Of a stretch of 64,000 nucleotides of DNA, positions 61,086-64,000 are shown piece by piece. The stretch's first letter is position 1. Each line of letters begins with the position of its first letter. The notes under the pieces are model-generated. The model was given only the letters and a program-made list of their open reading frames with translations, did no database searches and was not told the DNA's origin. Made by a program: the position numbers and the translations under genes. The stretch is taken from contig CBDCXR010000004.1 of the NCBI GenBank assembly GCA_965223845.1, forward strand, positions 448,001 through 512,000, given 5' to 3'. This DNA comes from Planctomycetota bacterium (GTDB taxonomy: Bacteria; Planctomycetota; UBA8108; SXIK01).

Positions 61086-61445
61086 GCCGTCGAACCGCGC
61101 GCGACGCCCCGGTCCCGACGGACGGACAGCCTCGTCCCTTATCGGAAGCCGGGTCCGGAGCCCCGGGCGTCGATCGTCCGTTCGGACGTCGTCTGTTCTG
61201 ACCGCCGCGCCCGAACATCGGTCCGCTTCGAAGAAGAATTCGTGACGGTTTCGTGTGCAGAGGATAAAAATGGAGGCGCGTGTTTCCTCCCGGTGCGGCG
61301 CCGATCGGCGCTCCGGAGGAATTCGCCGGAGCTGAGGTGGGCCGCTCCGGCGGCACCGCGGGGCGTGGGAGATGTCGTTGGAGGGCCTCCGAGTCAGGCT
61401 CGGTGGACGGTGGAGACGGGGCGGTGATTCACAGGATCGAGACGA

Positions 61446-62309
61446 GTGCCCGCCTTTCGAACCGGTCGCCGCGAGCACAAGTATGAGCTCTCCCCGGCGG
61501 TCGCCGCGGCTCTTCGCGCCGACATCGCTACGCGGCTCCCTCTCTACTCGTACATTCCGGGCCGCACGGAGACCTTCGTGTCGACCGTCTACTTCGATAC
61601 GGTCGATCGCGTTCTCTTTCGCCGCGCGGAGCGTTCGTTCGACGACAATCTAAAGATCCGGGTGAAGGAGTACTTCTACCCGGTCGGGAATTCGGCGAAC
61701 GGGCGGAGCGCCGGGGATGAGCGGATCGTTCGGCGCGAGAACGAGACCATCGAGGGCGGCTTGCTCGTCTCGCCGACCTGCTACGTGGAGCTCAAAGAGC
61801 GAACCGGCGGTGTCGTCACGAAACGTCGGCTGGCACTCCCTAAGGCGCAGGTGCCGCGCTTGTTCGCCGGCGAGGACGTCGCCCCGTTCATCGAGGGTGT
61901 GAACGGCGTCGGCACCCACGGCGCAGGTGTCGCGTCGACCTACTCGCGGCTCTGTCGCGAGCTGAGTCGAGCGCGCGTCGAGTGTTCGTCGATCGTCGTC
62001 TACCACCGCGTCGTCTACCAAGAGTCCGAGTCCGATCTCCGGATCACGTTCGACGACGCGATTCGAGTGTACGCACCGCGTTCGGATCTCTACGATCGGC
62101 ATTCCGCCCTGACTCCCGCCGTGCTCGGGGAGCCGCTGCGACGGCTCGACAAGACGATTCTCGAGATCAAGTGTCCGAGAGAGTATCCGGCCTGGCTCAA
62201 GAGCACCTTGCGGCGCGTTTCTACCAAGCGGCTCTCGAAGTTCACGTCGAGTGTTCGACTCGTCCTCAAATCCGGGAGTCGGCGCCCGGGCGAGGCTGGG
62301 GACGCGTGA
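61446..62309 (+). CDS. VTC-domain (polyphosphate polymerase-like, CYTH/TTM fold) protein
   Basis: RREHKY, STVYFDT, KIRVKEY, ELKER..G...KRR, RITFD, ILEIK, SKF. Confidence 0.85.
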   Translation: MPAFRTGRREHKYELSPAVAAALRADIATRLPLYSYIPGRTETFVSTVYFDTVDRVLFRRAERSFDDNLKIRVKEYFYPVGNSANGRSAGDERIVRRENETIEGGLLVSPTCYVELKERTGGVVTKRRLALPKAQVPRLFAGEDVAPFIEGVNGVGTHGAGVASTYSRLCRELSRARVECSSIVVYHRVVYQESESDLRITFDDAIRVYAPRSDLYDRHSALTPAVLGEPLRRLDKTILEIKCPREYPAWLKSTLRRVSTKRLSKFTSSVRLVLKSGSRRPGEAGDA

Positions 62310-62611
62310 GCCATCGCGCCTGAAATCACGGTGTTTCTATCGACATCGACGGCGCTATGTCGTAAATCTGTCCTTTCGTCGGTTCGCCTCGCCACTCTCC
62401 GAGCCCCTCCCCTCGAGTCGATTCGACGGACGATTCCTCACCGCGAAGTTCCGCTCGCACGACCGACGCTCCGCGTCTCCTTCGCGCCGTCGAGATCCGG
62501 CCGGCGCGGTGAGACGGATCACGGTGAGTCGCCGCCGCGCGCCTGCGACCCACGAAGCGCTCGCGGCTGCCCGCGATTCGAACTGCAACGCTGACCGAAC
62601 CAAAAGAATCC

Positions 62612-64000
62612 ATGGCCCAGCCCGACGCGGCACCGCCGCCAGTGTTCATCGACTTTGAAGGGATCGATGGGAGCGGCAAGACGACGCTCTCCAATCGACT
62701 TGCCGCGTTTCTCGAGGAGAAGGGAATCCCGGTCCATCACGCGCGGAGCGGCGGTGTCTTTCGCTCAGAGATCTCGAAGGAAATCCGCACCCTGACGCGG
62801 GCGCCGCGCTTCCTGCGAATGAGCGATATCACGGAGCTGATGCTCTACGTCGCTCGCGACACGCAGATGATCGACGAGTTCATCCGGCCGAAGCTTCTGC
62901 CGGGTCACGTCGTGTTCAGCGATCGTTACCTCTACTCGACCATCGTGCACAGCCACCACGCGCGGGGAGTTCCGAGGGAGCAGGTCGACGCGGTGCTCGA
63001 CGTCGCAGCGCGCGGCCTCTGGCCGGATATCGTGATCTACAGCGACGTCGACCCGCTGACGTCGCGGGTGAGAAAGAAGATTCAAAAGGTTCGCGACCGA
63101 CGGCCCCTCGGGGACTTCGGGCGGAAGGGGCTGATGGGGATCGGGTTCCGCGAAGAGATGCGGAACGGCTTTCTCAAGCTCGCCGAAGAGGATCCGGACC
63201 GCTGGATCGTCATCGACAATGCGAACAGCACGATCGAGGAGTCGCTCCAGCGGATCTTCGAACGTGTCGCGACGGTGCTCGAGAGGAAGGGCTACGCCCA
63301 GCTCGAAGATCCGCACTGGGCTGATCTCTCGTCGCCGCGCGAGCGTCCTCAGACTCGTCTCCGGCGGCGCGTGGAGGAACTCCTCGCGATCGAGGACGAC
63401 GCGGCGCGGAGGAGCGCGGCCTACGATCTCTTCTACGAGGAGCTGCGCGCGCTCGCCGACGAGAATCCCGGCTATGTCGGGCTCTATCTGAGCGGGGTGG
63501 CGACGCCCGAGGCACACGAGCTGCGCGAGCGGATTCTCGATCGCGAACCCGCGCTCGTCGCATTCGGTCTGCAGGGCGTGCGGACACCGGAGTCGATGGA
63601 GCTCCGAGAGAAGCTGAAGGATTCGCAGCCGCACTACGTCGCGCGCAGTCTCTCCGGATTCGCCGAAACTCCGGAGGTTGTCGCGATGCGGGAGGCGCTC
63701 GCCTCCGTCGCTCCCGAATACGTGGCGCTCACCGTGCGCGGGGACGACACGCCTCACGCCTGGGAAATCCGCCGGCAGATCGGAAAGAACGCCCCGCGGG
63801 AAGTCTTGATCAGCCTCCGCGGCCTCGATGTCGACCTCGCCTGGGAGTACCGAGACAAGTGGTCGAAGGAGCGGCTGCTGCCGGCGCTTCTCGAGAGTCT
63901 AGGCGGTATCGACACGGAGCGTGCGTGGCGCTGGCGGGATGAACTCTCGGCGATGTACCTACCGTGGGTCCTGATGAGCCTCCGCGGCGTGATGTCGGAC
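62612..64000 (+). CDS. Thymidylate-kinase-like P-loop kinase fused to ~27-aa tandem repeats; 3'-truncated by window edge
   Basis: Manual translation: FIDFEGIDGSGKTT, ELMLYVARDTQ, FSDRYLYS, WPDIVIY.DVD, RWIVIDN, then repeats; frame open to 64000; not in the ORF track. Confidence 0.85.
   Translation, partial: MAQPDAAPPPVFIDFEGIDGSGKTTLSNRLAAFLEEKGIPVHHARSGGVFRSEISKEIRTLTRAPRFLRMSDITELMLYVARDTQMIDEFIRPKLLPGHVVFSDRYLYSTIVHSHHARGVPREQVDAVLDVAARGLWPDIVIYSDVDPLTSRVRKKIQKVRDRRPLGDFGRKGLMGIGFREEMRNGFLKLAEEDPDRWIVIDNANSTIEESLQRIFERVATVLERKGYAQLEDPHWADLSSPRERPQTRLRRRVEELLAIEDDAARRSAAYDLFYEELRALADENPGYVGLYLSGVATPEAHELRERILDREPALVAFGLQGVRTPESMELREKLKDSQPHYVARSLSGFAETPEVVAMREALASVAPEYVALTVRGDDTPHAWEIRRQIGKNAPREVLISLRGLDVDLAWEYRDKWSKERLLPALLESLGGIDTERAWRWRDELSAMYLPWVLMSLRGVMSD
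63467..64000 (+). repeat. Protein-level ~27-aa tandem repeats (six complete plus a partial seventh)
   Basis: PGYVGLYLSGVATPEAHELRERILDRE / PALVAFGLQGVRTPESMELREKLKDSQ / PHYVARSLSGFAETPEVVAMREALASVA / PEYVALTVRGDDTPHAWEIRRQIGKNA / PREVLISLRGLDVDLAWEYRDKWSKERL / LPALLESLGGIDTERAWRWRDELSAMY / LPWVLMSLRGV. Confidence 0.8.

Noticed and set aside
1-64000. tRNA/rRNA, IS elements, integrase, prophage, known defence systems
   Set aside because: No supporting motifs or compositional shift seen by eye; a short element could have been missed.

Overview
High-GC (about 70% by eye) bacterial chromosomal window with no tRNA/rRNA, CRISPR array, transposase or prophage signal. Planctomycete-style C-terminal dockerin-like domains, an ECF sigma factor with a membrane extension and an extended GreA suggest Planctomycetota or another PVC lineage (inference). 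Housekeeping content: ffs(SRP RNA)-dnaX-ybaB-recR; an ABC system whose permease is frameshifted; a coupled birA / methylmalonyl-CoA mutase / epimerase / propionyl-CoA carboxylase operon; a stand-alone EF-G; gap, rbsK, ROK, greA, LOG, kdsD; and an rpmH (L34) missed by the ORF track. Most interesting: (1) a co-oriented cluster running off the 3' edge, comprising a four-lamin-tail-domain dockerin lipoprotein, a porin, a VTC (polyphosphate polymerase-like) protein and a divergent thymidylate-kinase-like enzyme fused to ~27-aa tandem repeats; (2) a MamK-like actin with no magnetosome genes; (3) an FHA protein, a receiver-like protein carrying a FliM-N peptide and a doubly anchored coiled-coil protein, next to a histone-H1-like repeat gene; (4) a ~150-270 nt structured RNA upstream of fusA; (5) an SDR followed by tandem PTPS-II genes. 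All calls are from motif recognition by eye; no searches were run.
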